Below are positions 47,301 to 59,377 of a stretch of 64,000 nucleotides of DNA, one piece after another. Positions within the stretch are counted from its first letter, which is position 1. Each line of letters begins with the position of its first letter. The notes beneath the pieces were generated by a model, which made no database searches, had not been told where the DNA came from, and was given only the letters and a program-made list of their open reading frames with translations. The DNA is from Tubiluchus corallicola (lineage: Eukaryota > Animalia > Priapulida): assembly GCA_030141605.1 (NCBI GenBank), contig JAQGDQ010000006.1, positions 1,178,001 to 1,242,000 of the forward strand, read 5' to 3'. The translations under genes and the position numbers were made by a program.

Positions 47301-50300
47301 ATGAATTAATATGAATCAAAAAAGTGGATGCATAAGAAAACTCGATGGCTAACATAAAAAATAAAAATCAGAGTAAGAGTTCTCTTAGATCCACAGTGCT
47401 CATGGATAACAAAGAAGAGTAAAGCATCAAACAACATTTCATAAAATGTTTTGCATTAGTATAAAGAACTAACCTACAACACCAGTCTACAATTCCAATA
47501 AACAAAACCAAAAATTTTACGAATTGCTTGTAAAAACATCATTACAGGTACATCAGCTTCCTTTTCCGCCACTAAGAAGTTTAGTAGATGTTAATACCAG
47601 TTTTGCAAACAGTGCCAATAATAGTATATTATATACATAACGTTTTGACAAAAAGTACTTAACTATTAAAAGAAGTCATCAAAGTCTGAAGCATGTTTCA
47701 ATTTTACCACTCTGAACACCACTTTTAATTACTAATTTGAGAAGCTCGGGATATCAGAAAAGCTGAATAGTAATGTTTAAATAATTTCCAAACAACATCA
47801 ACAGTCTGAAAATTATTCTTCAATAAGCTTCTTATAAAAAAGTAGAGTAATTTGTTTTACTAAGCCAGTGAATTCTGCACTACTAATAGTTTATATGGAC
47901 ATCTTTTTTTTAAAAAAATACTATAAGCAAACTTGCTTTAGTTTTTTAACAAATGACCAAAAGCATTACATACTTAAAACAGCTGCATATAGCAGGCCAG
48001 TACAGGAATTTGAAGTATCAAGTTTTACATATAACTACCCTCAAAACATGAACTCTGCATGAAGTGAGATGCATGTGTTGCTGCAGAGCACTTCAATTAG
48101 TTAAATGATCAGATTCAAGTACGGTATAATAACATTACAGCGAATGTGCTAGGAACCCAGAAAAAAGTACTCTATAACCGGGGCACTCAGTTAGCATAAG
48201 CAGCTAATCATATGACGGGCACGTATAAATAATAAAATTGTATAAATAATGTGCAATGAAAAAACGTGTCGCTTCATAGAGGAAGTGAAGTACTTGCACA
48301 AGATGCTAACAAGTAGCAATGTTTTTTATGTGTCTTCAATAAATGAATGAATGAAATTGATGAATGAAAAATCAATGAACATTTCAGATTAGATTGCATG
48401 TACGTGTAATCTATGGTACATGTTCAGTTGTAAATTTGTTCAGTAAAGTCCAACTCAGTTTGAAATGTTCAGTAAAGTCAAAGAGTCAGGTGACTGCAGT
48501 AAGATTCGTCACTTGATGAGACATCTTGGGAGTGCACTGCCAGTGTCTGAACAAAAAAAAGCTGGGTGCCAAGCTGCTGAGTGATTCATTGTTGTTATAT
48601 AGGTAGAAAAGAAAATGATTTTTCGACAAAACATGTTAACAACTCCGCATGCTGCATACCCAACAACTTTTTGCAGGACCAGGAATGACAGGTTACATTT
48701 AACTGTAAATTAATTTGCAGCTGGCAAATGTAAAGTATGTAATAAAAACTTATAAATATATAGTAATATACAGGCAATGGGGTCTGACAAAAAGTCTGTA
48801 ATACATAATAATCAAGTACGCTGTATTCAAAGCTATTATAGTAGTTAAATGCATTTTGGTGGAAAGTTTGTTCTTTTTTTGCGAGTTCACATTAGCGGTG
48901 TTTACACAATAAACCACATTTGCCATAATGCTGTTATACTGCAGTAGCTTATACTTTTCTTGATTAAATGAAAACAGGTTGATTCTTCATATCCTACCCC
49001 ATTTTGAAGTATGGTTAGAAGTATACATTTTAATAACTATAATAATGCGAAAGCATTTCTGATAATTAAATAATAGGTTAAAAATTTAATCAACAGCGGT
49101 TAAGCCCAAGTGATGGCATCCCAAATCAACAAAATTTTCAACACTACAAACATTCCATGAGCATGTTGGACGTGTTTGCAAATGTGCTACTGTACCACAT
49201 TCAGCGTGATGTACAAAAACTCCGCAAATTTTAAGTTCACTGTCATGTTCACACACGAGTTCCAAAACATGTATACTATGTCCGCTCTACACCTCTGAAA
49301 TGAGACGTACCAGCATCTCTTTTTTATGGTATGCATTTCCAAGATGCAGGCGCTAGTGCCCATCTAACTAGCAAATGGCGAAATGCATGTAACAACAATG
49401 AACTAGCCACATGAACGAGAAATTATGTTTCAGCGATAATAATTCTTTCACAGAGGTCATTGCAGAAGAAACAGCATGTTCCTTTTAAATATCTTATAGA
49501 GTAGATTTTTTTGAGCTATAGTTTAAGACTGGGTTTGGCTTCCCTTTAACAAGATTTTAAAGCTGCACTAAATGCTCACTATAATTATGAATTCTTAAAA
49601 CTTTTGAAATTTTGCAGAAAGTTTGCTAATAGCAAACACTGGAAGAGCAGTTACTGGGAAGCAATGTTTATTACCTTTTGCGCAACGTTTGATTTTGCAG
49701 CCCAGAAAATAGTACATGTGTCATGTGATCAGTTGCAGCAGTAATCTCCAAAGGTGGATCATACATGTTAACTGCTAACACCTGAAATTTGCATAGAGAA
49801 AGATGTCTTTATTCTTTTTACCACAAATGAATTCCTACATAAAACACCGTCATTGCAACAGAACAATTATATTTAATAGATGCAGTATCAAGGTAACAGA
49901 GAGCAATTGAACAGATATGTCCTCTTTATTAATTACGCATAATAACACAAATAATAGCACCACTTCTACTGGCTATTTTCACAATAACAAGCAGGTCACA
50001 AACCAGCCATGGCAATCTTTGAGCTAAGTATGGATTGTTTATGTCAATTAGGTTGAGAATACATGAAATACATAAAGTCAGCAAAATAGAAAGTACCTTT
50101 TCCTCTACTGTACACCTTTCTTTATCTAATATTGATAGGTGGGGTATTTCAAAAATAACAGACAGTCTATAGTCCTCCACTTCTTGAATAGGATTTCTGT
50201 CGAGATTCAACACACGCAGGAGTGATAGCTCTCGTATAGCCACTATGTCATCTAAGTTTTCTATCTGGAACAGCAAACAAGATAGTGACATATAAATAAT

Positions 50301-53300
50301 GTTATAAAAATGAGATATAGATGAATTATTGTACTCCTTCAAGTAATAATCCTCTACTGACTGCAGTCAATTGCCTGCCAATAATTTTTTATTTATTGCT
50401 TGCTGAAGCCTGATGCTGATAGCAGTCAGTAAAATTATTTCTAAAATAGAGTACTTCTACAATTCTGAACAATTAAAAACCAATTCAAGATTTTGTCTAA
50501 CCGTACCTGATTATTTTCCACTAGAACAGTCTCCAGGGTCGAGCAGTACTCAAGGCCTTGCAAGGTTTTAATTTGGTTGTCCGATAAGTTAATTTCCTAT
50601 GAAAAACAAATTGTTATTAACAAACTCACAATGGCTTACTTTACAAGTACATGCTGTATTAGTGTATCTATATAAGTATTTACTTTATTTTGATATATAT
50701 ATATATATCAATTTCTCGCTGCATTTGCATTTATTGGTGCTATTACTGCATAATGAGTTTCCACTGTAACACTAAACCCATATATTTATTTTAAAGAGAT
50801 ATTCAGCAGGCAACTGACTACCCCATAAACGTCTGAAGATACTTTACACAACTGCATGACATTTGGATTATGATAAAGGACATGGCCATTTAGACACTGG
50901 GACACTTTGACAAGAGACATTTGGGTACCAATAAAATTTAATGTTATACCTCATTTTTTATTTTTCTTTATTAAATTTTTAATTATTTACTATAATTTCC
51001 TAATTCTCAAAACACTTTTTTAAGAATGATGACTTCGCTAAATTAAACATAGGCAGTAATACATGATATAATAAAGGCAGTCAATAGACTTTGCACTTTC
51101 TTGTTTTTAATCTTAATTCAGTATTTTATGTGTAGCCTTAAAAAAGAATGAAGCAGAAGACACTGCAAATTTGCAATAGCATTTTAATAAAATATGACAG
51201 CATTCCATTTCAAAAATATCTAGTGCATCATAAAAACAACAGTAAGTCATAGAAATAACAAAAACAATCTATGCACTTCAAAATTTAGCCTTAGTACAAC
51301 TAGTGCTGCAATTTCACTGGTATTATTTCACAGTACTATATTCATTAAACTGTTGGTGTGCTTTAGAAGAAATTGACATAGAATGTGTTATTTAGTTCAT
51401 TAATTACTTATAACTAACTAGATCAATTAGTAGCCAAATAAATTTTTGTATGCTTAATAATTTTTAATATTAATTTTAATATTAAGATTAACCATAATTC
51501 TAAGCATTTTTGCTATATTTCTTGTCAAATGCACAATAATACTATGTGTCAACAACAATGTTTCTACAAGCGTTAACTGAATTATACTATTTGCCTTTTT
51601 CTAGTTTTAAAGGAGTTCCAGATCACAGTCACCTACTTTTTTTCTTACAAAAACTTCAGCAGTTTTAAAATTTACATCAAGTAGTGGATGAGGATTTTCA
51701 CAATAATTTTAGCACAAAACAAACTGACATAATGTAGTGTTGCATTATTTACCCAAGTTAGCCGCAATTTGAGCACAGGCGTTGGTGCCAAAATGTCTCA
51801 CGCGCAAGTGTCTGGCACTCAAACGGTGTGCCCAAATGTCTTGTTCCCATCGATAAAGGAGCACCTTACACAAAATATGGATGACCCCTCATCAACAACA
51901 TACTGTCATATTTCACAGAAATTAAATTTTAAGCAAGACTGTATCAGATAACAAGAGAGACTAACGTACCCGCAGTGACTGTAGTCTGCACAGATTTTCA
52001 ATCACTGTGATTTTATTGTGTTGCAAGTCCAATATCCTGAGAAAATGCAACTCTGATGGAAGCCCTTTTATCTTCTCAATATTATTGAAAGCCAGACAAA
52101 TTTCACTTAAGTACTGACATTCTGATATACCAGTAATTTTATTAATGCTGTTATGTGTCCAATTTAGGAAAACAATAAAATGCATGCAAAAAGTGTTATC
52201 TGAAAAAAGACTGTGCATTGAGCAAAAATCCCTGTTGTGATTAAATTAAACAATAAAAACGAAAAAGGATATTGTTCAGGTTAAGCTTTTGAAGGTATTT
52301 ATGCTTGGAAAGATCATCAATGTGTGTAATATTGTTGAACGAGAAATCCATGTCCAAAAGCGAAATTGGATTGATGTCTGGTATAGACTTTAAACAGTTG
52401 TGGGATGCATTAATTACCAAAAGGTCCCTCATGGAATTCAATGCTGAAAGATCTAGAGCAGAAATGAAAATACAAAAGTATAATTATGTATATTTTAAGT
52501 GCACAGTAGCCATACATCAGAAAATTCCCAACTGTTAGATCACAGTTAGCATTCATGTGAACTATCAGCCACATACAAACATTAGACAAAGTTACTAGAA
52601 AGCAGCTATTCTACCATTAAGAAACGCCGACTTTTATCAGTTTCTTTCATTGCCAATTATCTACCATAATCCACAGTGCCATAAGGCAGCGTAAACACAA
52701 AATGGACAATAACTGGACAAAAAAATTTTCATCCTGTGTTTTGGGGGTACAGTTAATCAGTATTGCAGAGGTAGCCTCAACACAACTACCCATCAAACGA
52801 TCTGAAAAAACTGCACTCAAGAAGGTACGTTTTTCAATACAGGATGTCCGACTGATTTAAAAAGTCTTATATATATATAATATATATATATATTATCAAG
52901 CATCCTTTATTCAGCTAAAGTACACAAATTCAATAAAGTACTGAAATAGTGAAACCAAAATGGAATTAAACAAAACCTGATAAGTAATTTCCAGAAACGT
53001 CGACTCTCTGCAGAACACGGTACTTGGATAGCAATGTGATGTCTCGAAGATTCAAATCCTACAAAAAAACTAATAATACAATAAACACAAGATTTTAAAA
53101 TACAAAATTCAACCAAATAATGGAAATGTGAAAGTTTAGACAGACCTTTAAACCAGAAACATGTAAATTACAAATTCAATAGCATTCGTGAACACTAAAC
53201 AATTGACACAGCCCCTTGTGATTAATGCATAGCTCAGCAACAAACACACTAATTTGTAATGTCTGCTTATTCACTTAGAATATAATTACCACCATGTAGA

Positions 53301-53723
53301 TTTAGAATCCAATGTGGATAGGTATATCTAAATCTGCAATAATTAGCCAATTAATTATATTAATATTTTACATCATTTACTTAAAGTCTAAGTCAAGTAT
53401 ACATCATTTACTTAAAGTCTAGTTTAAGTCAAGAGCAATTTATAAATTTAGTTGTAACCTCAATTCAAATTTATTAATTATCGCATCCATAATTACAAAA
53501 TTTTGGAAACCAAACCAATTATTTTATTATAACAATATTGTACAAAACAAATTTATACCTGTGCCGAAAAGTTGAGATATGTAAATTGAAAACCATTTGC
53601 ACTCGGTCCAAGATGACTGAGACCATCATTAATATGTTCACGTGTGAGTCTACACCCCATGCTTAAGTCAGTGTCAGAAGATGCCATATGATCATCATAT
53701 TTTGTTTCAAGAACCACACTCAT
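42666..53723 (-). CDS. LRGUK: Leucine-rich repeat and guanylate kinase domain protein, about 712 aa; exons 53559-53723, 52977-53058, 52273-52452, 51970-52154, 50507-50596, 50097-50264, 49675-49781, 46884-47003, 46504-46597, 46064-46177, 45038-45233, 44458-44669, 43300-43373, 42666-43017
   Basis: SDS22-like LRRs, LRR cap (LRVLNLDRNPIQEVEDYRLSVIF...LDKERCTVEEKV), linker AVNMYDPPLEITAATDHMTH, and a GK-like domain (HTTRP, YGLSLDSIE, GVLSLQKTHYQP) appear in LRGUK order. Frames are consistent when one AT-AC intron is used. The last two exons are poorly conserved and less certain. Confidence 0.9.
43448..43499. repeat. Imperfect (GA)n microsatellite
   Basis: Directly visible; abuts the LINE tail. 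Confidence 0.9.
43500..44230 (-). mobile_element. 5'-truncated non-LTR retrotransposon remnant in an LRGUK intron
   Basis: EKYLGHII...DDLDIIRQ...YSRANKLCRKF..C...VK..LFNTYCNSFY is post-RT LINE ORF2 sequence; AATAAA and AAATC-repeat tail near 43500-43525. Clade not assigned. Confidence 0.8.
44232..44312. repeat. (GA)n microsatellite
   Basis: Directly visible; abuts the other end of the LINE. Confidence 0.95.
44790..44957. repeat. Tandem duplication, period about 89 bp
   Basis: AATCAAACAATCAATCAAACAAATAAATAAAATAAGCAATATATACGAAATAAATCAAACA...CCAGTTGT occurs twice, nearly identical. Confidence 0.9.
48122..48941 (-). mobile_element. pogo/Tigger-like MITE (family B, copy 1)
   Basis: Imperfect TIRs CGGTATAATAACATTACAGCGAAT / ATTTGCCATAATGCTGTTATACTG, TA on the left; colinear (reverse complement) with 60682-61483. 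Confidence 0.75.
50878..51851. mobile_element. MITE with repetitive TIRs, possibly Mutator-derived
   Basis: GACATTTGGGTACC-type repeats at left and GGTGCCAAAATGTC/CCCAAATGTC at right; GATAAAGGA occurs at 50872-50880 and 51852-51860 (possible 9-bp TSD). Confidence 0.55.
52155..52272 (-). other. U12-type (minor spliceosome) AT-AC intron, 118 nt
   Basis: 5' end ATATCCTTTTTC, branch-like TTCCTAAAT, 3' end GGACAC. Removal restores the LRR consensus LQKLNLNNNSINKI. Confidence 0.9.
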
Positions 53724-53749
53724 TTTGTTAAACTATAACCCAGAAAAAA

Positions 53750-55620
53750 ATCAAATCAAATCAAATCAATTTATTTCACTCCAGCAATACATATATAATA
53801 ATAATAGTAGTAGTAGTAGTAAATCTCCAGTAGTTATAATATAACTTTTGAGACAAATAGTTCTTCGACTGTCATTGCGACAAATTGCACATACAATAGA
53901 TTGTCATCAACACCTAGGTGACTCCACTGGCAAGTTTTCTCACTATAATATGTAATCCAGCATCCTTGTTATAGGCATGTTCCAATTAGCACGGTGATTA
54001 AATTTCAATGGATGATGTTCATAGTGTCTATCTAATTTTGATTTAAATAAATTTACAGATGTTGCTGTTCTCACATCACAGGGCAATCTATTCTAGATTT
54101 CTGGCATCGTACAAGAAAAATAGTCGTATTTACCAGTTTTGAGCGTAGTTCTTGATTTATGAAGAATAGGACCTGATCTTGCTGTGCGATGTACTTGTAA
54201 TTTAACAGGACAATCATCACAGCTGTAAACTCCAGATACATATTTGTATACATCAATTAGTTGGCCACGTAAACGTCTAAAAGCTAATGTAGTTTAACCT
54301 TTTTGTTTTAACTGACTTTCATACGTCAAGTTCATTAGTTCCGGTAACATATTGAAAGCTCTCATTTGGACAGTTTCGACTGGGTCCACTATATATGCTC
54401 TAGGACTATTCCAAATACTACTTCCATACTCCACTTTTGATCGCACAAATGCCACATATAGAAGCTTGAAAGTTTGCAGATCTAGGTATTTGAAATTCCT
54501 CCTTATTAAAGCATTGTTTCATTTGGCATTCTTTATGATTTCTGCTATGTGATCTTTAAAATTTAGTTTATTATCAAGTAATAATCCAAGGTCTTTCTCA
54601 CAAGCACTAAAGTCCAATTCTGCCGGAATGCCACTTGCATATACATTTTGTATTTATACTCATATCCTGCTCCCACAGATACAACCTTACACTTGTTGGG
54701 ATGGAACTGCATACCATTTTCAACTGTCCAATCACAGAGCCCTTCTAGATCCAATTGAAGATCATTACAGCTGGTAAAAGAATCAGATTCAGACCAGATT
54801 TTGCTGTCGTCAGCAAAAAGACGAAGAGAATTTCTCACACAACTAGGCAAGTCATTTATAAATACCACAAATAAACACGGACCTAATACCGAACCTTGCG
54901 GTACACCACTAGTAATCAAGGACTCAGTCGATTTGTAACCATCAACACACGTACATTGACTTCTATTTTCTAAGAAGTCTACTATCCACTGTAAAACTGA
55001 ACCAGTTATACCACAATTTTTAAGTTTTGCAAACAGAAAGTGATGAGGTACAACATCAAATGCCTTTTTCAGGTCCAGTAATATTATATCAAAAGGCTTT
55101 TTGGCATCTTTTAACTCAAACCATGCATCGTAACATTGTAACAGTTGGGTAACCGTTGTTCTACCCTTAACAAACCCATGTTGTTATTCACAAATAATGT
55201 TGTATCTTATCAGATGGTTCATTATATGCTTCCGCATGATTTTTTCTGTCACCTTATTAATTGTATTTAGTAAGCTAACTGGCCTGTAGTTCGATGGATC
55301 TGACTTGTCCCCTTTTTTATGAATGGGAGTGACCTGTGCCACCTTCCATTGTCCAGGTAACTGACAATCAGCAAAAGACCTATCCAGTAAGGTGTATATA
55401 GGCTTAAAAAGCACAGTTCTACATTCATTTAAAATACGTGAATGGTAACTATCTGGAGCAGATTTGTTTACATTGAGATTTTGTAACTCAAAAAGCACCT
55501 CTTCTTCAGTTATGAAAACATTGTTGATATCAGGATTTGTTGCACTGTAGTTACTTCATAGTCAGAAGCGTTGGGACTGAATACACTAATGAAAAAATCG
55601 TTCAAAATTTGTGCCTTCCC
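53750..55620 (-). mobile_element. 5'-truncated CR1-clade LINE remnant
   Basis: WKVAQVTPIHKKGDKSDPSNYRPVSLL, QHGFVKGR, YLDLKKAFDVVPH, SGVPQGSVLGPCLFVVFINDLP, LFADDSK, FHPNKCKV with stops and frameshifts; AATAAA plus (TTTGA)n tail at 53750-53775. Confidence 0.93.
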
Positions 55621-56445
55621 CTCTATATTTAAATAAATAAGTATAGGTAAAAAAACATAGATGAAGTCAAATTAACGTAATAAAAGTTGCTCTATGACAC
55701 CAACAAAAACAATAAATATCAAAATATTGTAATTTGCAAATAAGCCTACTGGAATAATTTTTTTAAGAAAAGTTCTAGTTTTAACTGGAGTTTTTCAAGA
55801 ACCTTCTCTACTTCAATTATGTAGGCAATCAATCTAACACAGAAGAGCTAGGAAGATCTAATGCACGACACAAAACATGTGTTGCAGCCACCAGGGCAAT
55901 GGAAGCGCTTTTCAGAGGTTGTCACACGTTGGGGTAATATGGACTTTGGATCAAATTTTGAACTTGCTCTCTTACAAATATTTGTACAGTTTGTCAATAA
56001 AATGTTAAACTTAAAGTACATCCTAAGTTGCAAAAGAAAATTTTTTTAGTTTTACTTGTTAGAGAGACACTAAGTTACACAATTCTTGAATTAGTACTAT
56101 TACTGTATTTTTGAGTTAGATTTTCTCAATACACTTTAAAAAGCATTGTTATTTAGACAAAGGTCATCCATTGATGTAATCCAAAAACTAGTCAGAAATT
56201 TCCACTTCGTCGTCTTGAAGATTTCATCATCTGATATTGATTATTGTATCTTCGGATTACACGGTACCATAGTAATATTAAGATCTACTACTATTATATA
56301 AATCTACGGTTACGTAATAAACTATTAAAAAGGTGTATTATTTAGTGAAGAAGCCATCTTAGCTTACTTTATTCAAATCACAGTGTAATCTTTCATTTCT
56401 TTTTCCTTAGCACCGCGGCACAGCAATCAAAAGTTTAATTTCGCA

Positions 56446-56459
56446 GTTGCCACAGCAAC
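56446..56459. promoter_or_regulatory. RFX X-box-like element
   Basis: GTTGCCACAGCAAC matches 12 of 14 positions of the palindrome GTTGCCATGGCAAC and lies upstream of a cilia-associated gene (LRGUK). Confidence 0.6.
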
Positions 56460-56535
56460 CACACCTAGCTTTGCTCACAAGAAAAAGCAAGGTTTCTTCT
56501 CTTTCTCTAAACTTATGGTTAACAGTTAGGCTAGT

Positions 56536-57098
56536 TAAAGACCGAAGATAATGGCATTATCAGCTTACTCAAAACTCACAAAAGTTTTTGAGAATAGGAA
56601 GATTTCTTTGGAAACAAAAATTAGAATATTCTCAGCCTTAGTTGAAACTGTATTTCTGTATAACTCTGAACTCTGGACATTAAAAGCAAAATCATAAAGC
56701 TGAAATCGATGCGTTTCAAAGGCGAAATTACAGAAACATTTTGGGTATTAGATGGCCAAAAAAATTTCAAACAAAGATCTAGATGAAAAAATAAAAGAAG
56801 AACCTTGGACAAGAAAAATAAAAAGACGCCGTTTAAGATGGATTGGGCATATGTTTAGACTACCTGATGATATTCCAGTGAAGATAGCTCTTGAACAAGC
56901 CATAGAACCAACTAAAAAACCTGCAGGAGGACAAATGTTAACATATTTAGATTTTGCACAGAAAGATTTAAACACTTCAGCATTGATCCTCAGAAATAAA
57001 TGCACTTGAGGCATTGCACCAAGCAGGGAGTCCTGGCATAGGGAGGTGAGCAGAATCATGTCCCTGGACGTATGATTCATTGGATGATAATGATGATG
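56536..57098 (+). mobile_element. 5'-truncated RTE-like LINE with target-site duplication
   Basis: LYNSELWTL, IKRRRLRWIGHMFRLP; (GAT)n tail; 12-bp direct repeat AGTTAGGCTAGT at 56524-56535 and 57099-57110. Confidence 0.88.
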
Positions 57099-57229
57099 AG
57101 TTAGGCTAGTAAACTGAGAAACTTGCAGTTAACTAGACGCATAGCCGTAAAATGACCAGCATAAGGACTGTAGACTTCAAAACTTACAGAAAGTGTGAAG
57201 CCAGTGGCTTATCAGCACCACTTCTGCAA

Positions 57230-58483
57230 AAATACAGAAACATGGAAGGTTGCGGGTGACAGGGCAGCACAGTGTGCTGATATCTGAGAGTAAAAGACTA
57301 AGTAAAAGATATGCTAAAGTAAAAGATATCTGAGACTAAAAGAGATGCTAAAAAGGTGATGTTGAGTATATGTGACAAAAACATTCCCAGAAGCTGGGGG
57401 ACAGAAATTAGAGACATTGCAAGTATGTATTGTTTAGATGGAAATGCTGAAAGAATGCAATGCTTATTGAAGTATCTAGAAGTAAAACCTGTGAAAAAGT
57501 GTGATGATATCACAAAACTGAGATTTATGAAAAATAGTGTGGAAAATTGGGAACAGGCAAAAAACTTATGTGGTGGATTGTGATGAAGAAACTGCATATG
57601 AAATTACTGAATGGAAATTAAACATAATCAAATTAAAATGTACAGTCAACCTCGGATATAAGGGACACCTCCGGACCGAAAAAATTGTCCCTTAATCCGA
57701 TGTCCCTTAAAGCCAAACTTAACCCGGCATCGTCACTTTCTGCGATGGGCCGTGGTAGTAAGTCACACCTTGCGCTCTGTTCTATTTCTTTCATCCATTA
57801 TGAGCATCCACCGGCGTTACCCTTGCCACCAACTAACTACCCACATCATTACAGCCACAAGACCCGGCCATAGTCCAAGGGAATATAGTTGGGCCCGCGA
57901 GGAGTCTCGGCATGGGCTTTTAGGATGTAAAAAATATTTGATCATAAGATCCCTTATATGCCAGGTAGTTTACCTGGGTTTCTATTATGCGGAACCTGAA
58001 GATATTGTCCCATATAACCGAAAGTCCCTTATATCCGAGTACCTTATATATGAAGATTTTTATTATAAGGAAAAACGATACAAAAATTCGGGACCAGTGT
58101 TGGTGGTCCCTTATAAGCAAGTACCTTATACCCGAGTGTGACTGTAATTATGAAAATAAGTGTAAGGATGATTTAATGTGTCCACTGTGTGTGAAAGAGT
58201 GTGATACGACTGAACATCTGTTGAAATGTGAAGTAAGAGTCACTAGTAAGAGTCAATGCTTGGATCAGACAAGTGATAAAATTTAGACAAATTATGGGGC
58301 TCAATGTAGATGTGTAAGAACAACAGTGTGACAGGATACAGTTTTCTTTTTGGCTTTCTCGTTTATGATGTGGATATACAGATACATAGAAATATTAGAA
58401 CAGCCACTGTGAATCGCCATGGAGTAAAGTGATCAGGGGTCATGTCAAACAACATATGACTGCAGAGATTATGATGATGATGA
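57230..58483 (+). mobile_element. Non-LTR retrotransposon 3' remnant with zinc knuckle, interrupted by a MITE
   Basis: IKLKC/NYENKCKDDLMCPLCVKECDTTEHLLKC is a CCHC knuckle typical of LINE ORF2 C-termini; (GAT)n tail at about 58470-58483. Left end approximate. Confidence 0.7.
57643..58144. mobile_element. pogo/Tigger-like MITE (Tc1/mariner superfamily), 502 bp
   Basis: TIRs CAGTCAACCTCGGATATAAGGGAC / GTACCTTATACCCGAGTGTGACTG, TA on both flanks, internal TCCCTTATA repeats. Confidence 0.9.
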
Positions 58484-58499
58484 TTACATTAGTAAAAAT

Positions 58500-59250
58500 A
58501 ATTAACATGTAAATATCAATATGCCAATGAAGTGTTTTTTGGCAAAGACAAAAGAAGAAATTTGGGACATTAAACAAGCCGTGCTAGTAAAGCTCAAAGA
58601 AATGAAATTAAAAGTAAATGAATGCAAAAGTGAGGAGTTTCACATTAATAAACACAAAGGCTATGAATCCTAGAAGAAATGTAAATATCTTAGCAGTCTG
58701 TTAGGCACTGAAGAAGAGGTCAAAAGAAAGAAAATATTGGAATCAGCTGCTTTCTCAAAACTTAAAAATATCTTCAGTATAACAAGAATATTGGTCTAAG
58801 TGAGAAACTTAGGATCTTCAACACTTACATATCTTCCATTTTTCAATACAACTCAGAATTGTGCACCTTTAAAGTAAATAATCAGTTTGAGATTGATGCT
58901 TTTCAATGATGTTTATACATATCATTATTGTAAATAAAATGGCCAAATGTTATAAGTATAAAGGTTTGTACAACAAAGCCAAAAAAAATTACCAGGAAAA
59001 TAAAACCTGAAGATTTAACTGGATGGGTCATGCTCTGAGATTACCAGAAGACAGACCACTTATTAAAGCTTTCCATGAATCTGCTCAACAACTAAAGAAG
59101 CCACTGGGAGATAAATTGCTCACATGGATGGATTTCTCACAAAAACACCTCAATAGAACATTTCTAGTTTTGAAAGATGCTTCATGGTGGAGAGTAGCAA
59201 AAGAATATATTGTTTGGCAGCAGAAAATGGACGGTCCATACCAGAGCTAA
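58500..59250 (+). mobile_element. Older RTE-like LINE remnant
   Basis: LKVNECKSE, KCKYLSSLL, KLRIFNTYI, YNSEL, NWMGHALRLPEDRP with many stops; homologous to 56536-57098. Confidence 0.8.
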
Positions 59251-59377
59251 TAAATTTGATATAAGGCTGTGTTTCTAGCTGAACATTAGATTGACAAAAG
59301 TCTGACATTGTTTTCAGTGTTTATGCACTAAAGAATGTTTGTTTGTCAGGCAGACCACACAAATGTTTTGCATTGCT

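Noticed and set aside
55848-56049. Cys-rich short ORF resembling a piggyBac C-terminal domain
   Set aside because: Cys spacing is unconvincing and there is no adjoining transposase or TTAA/TIR structure.
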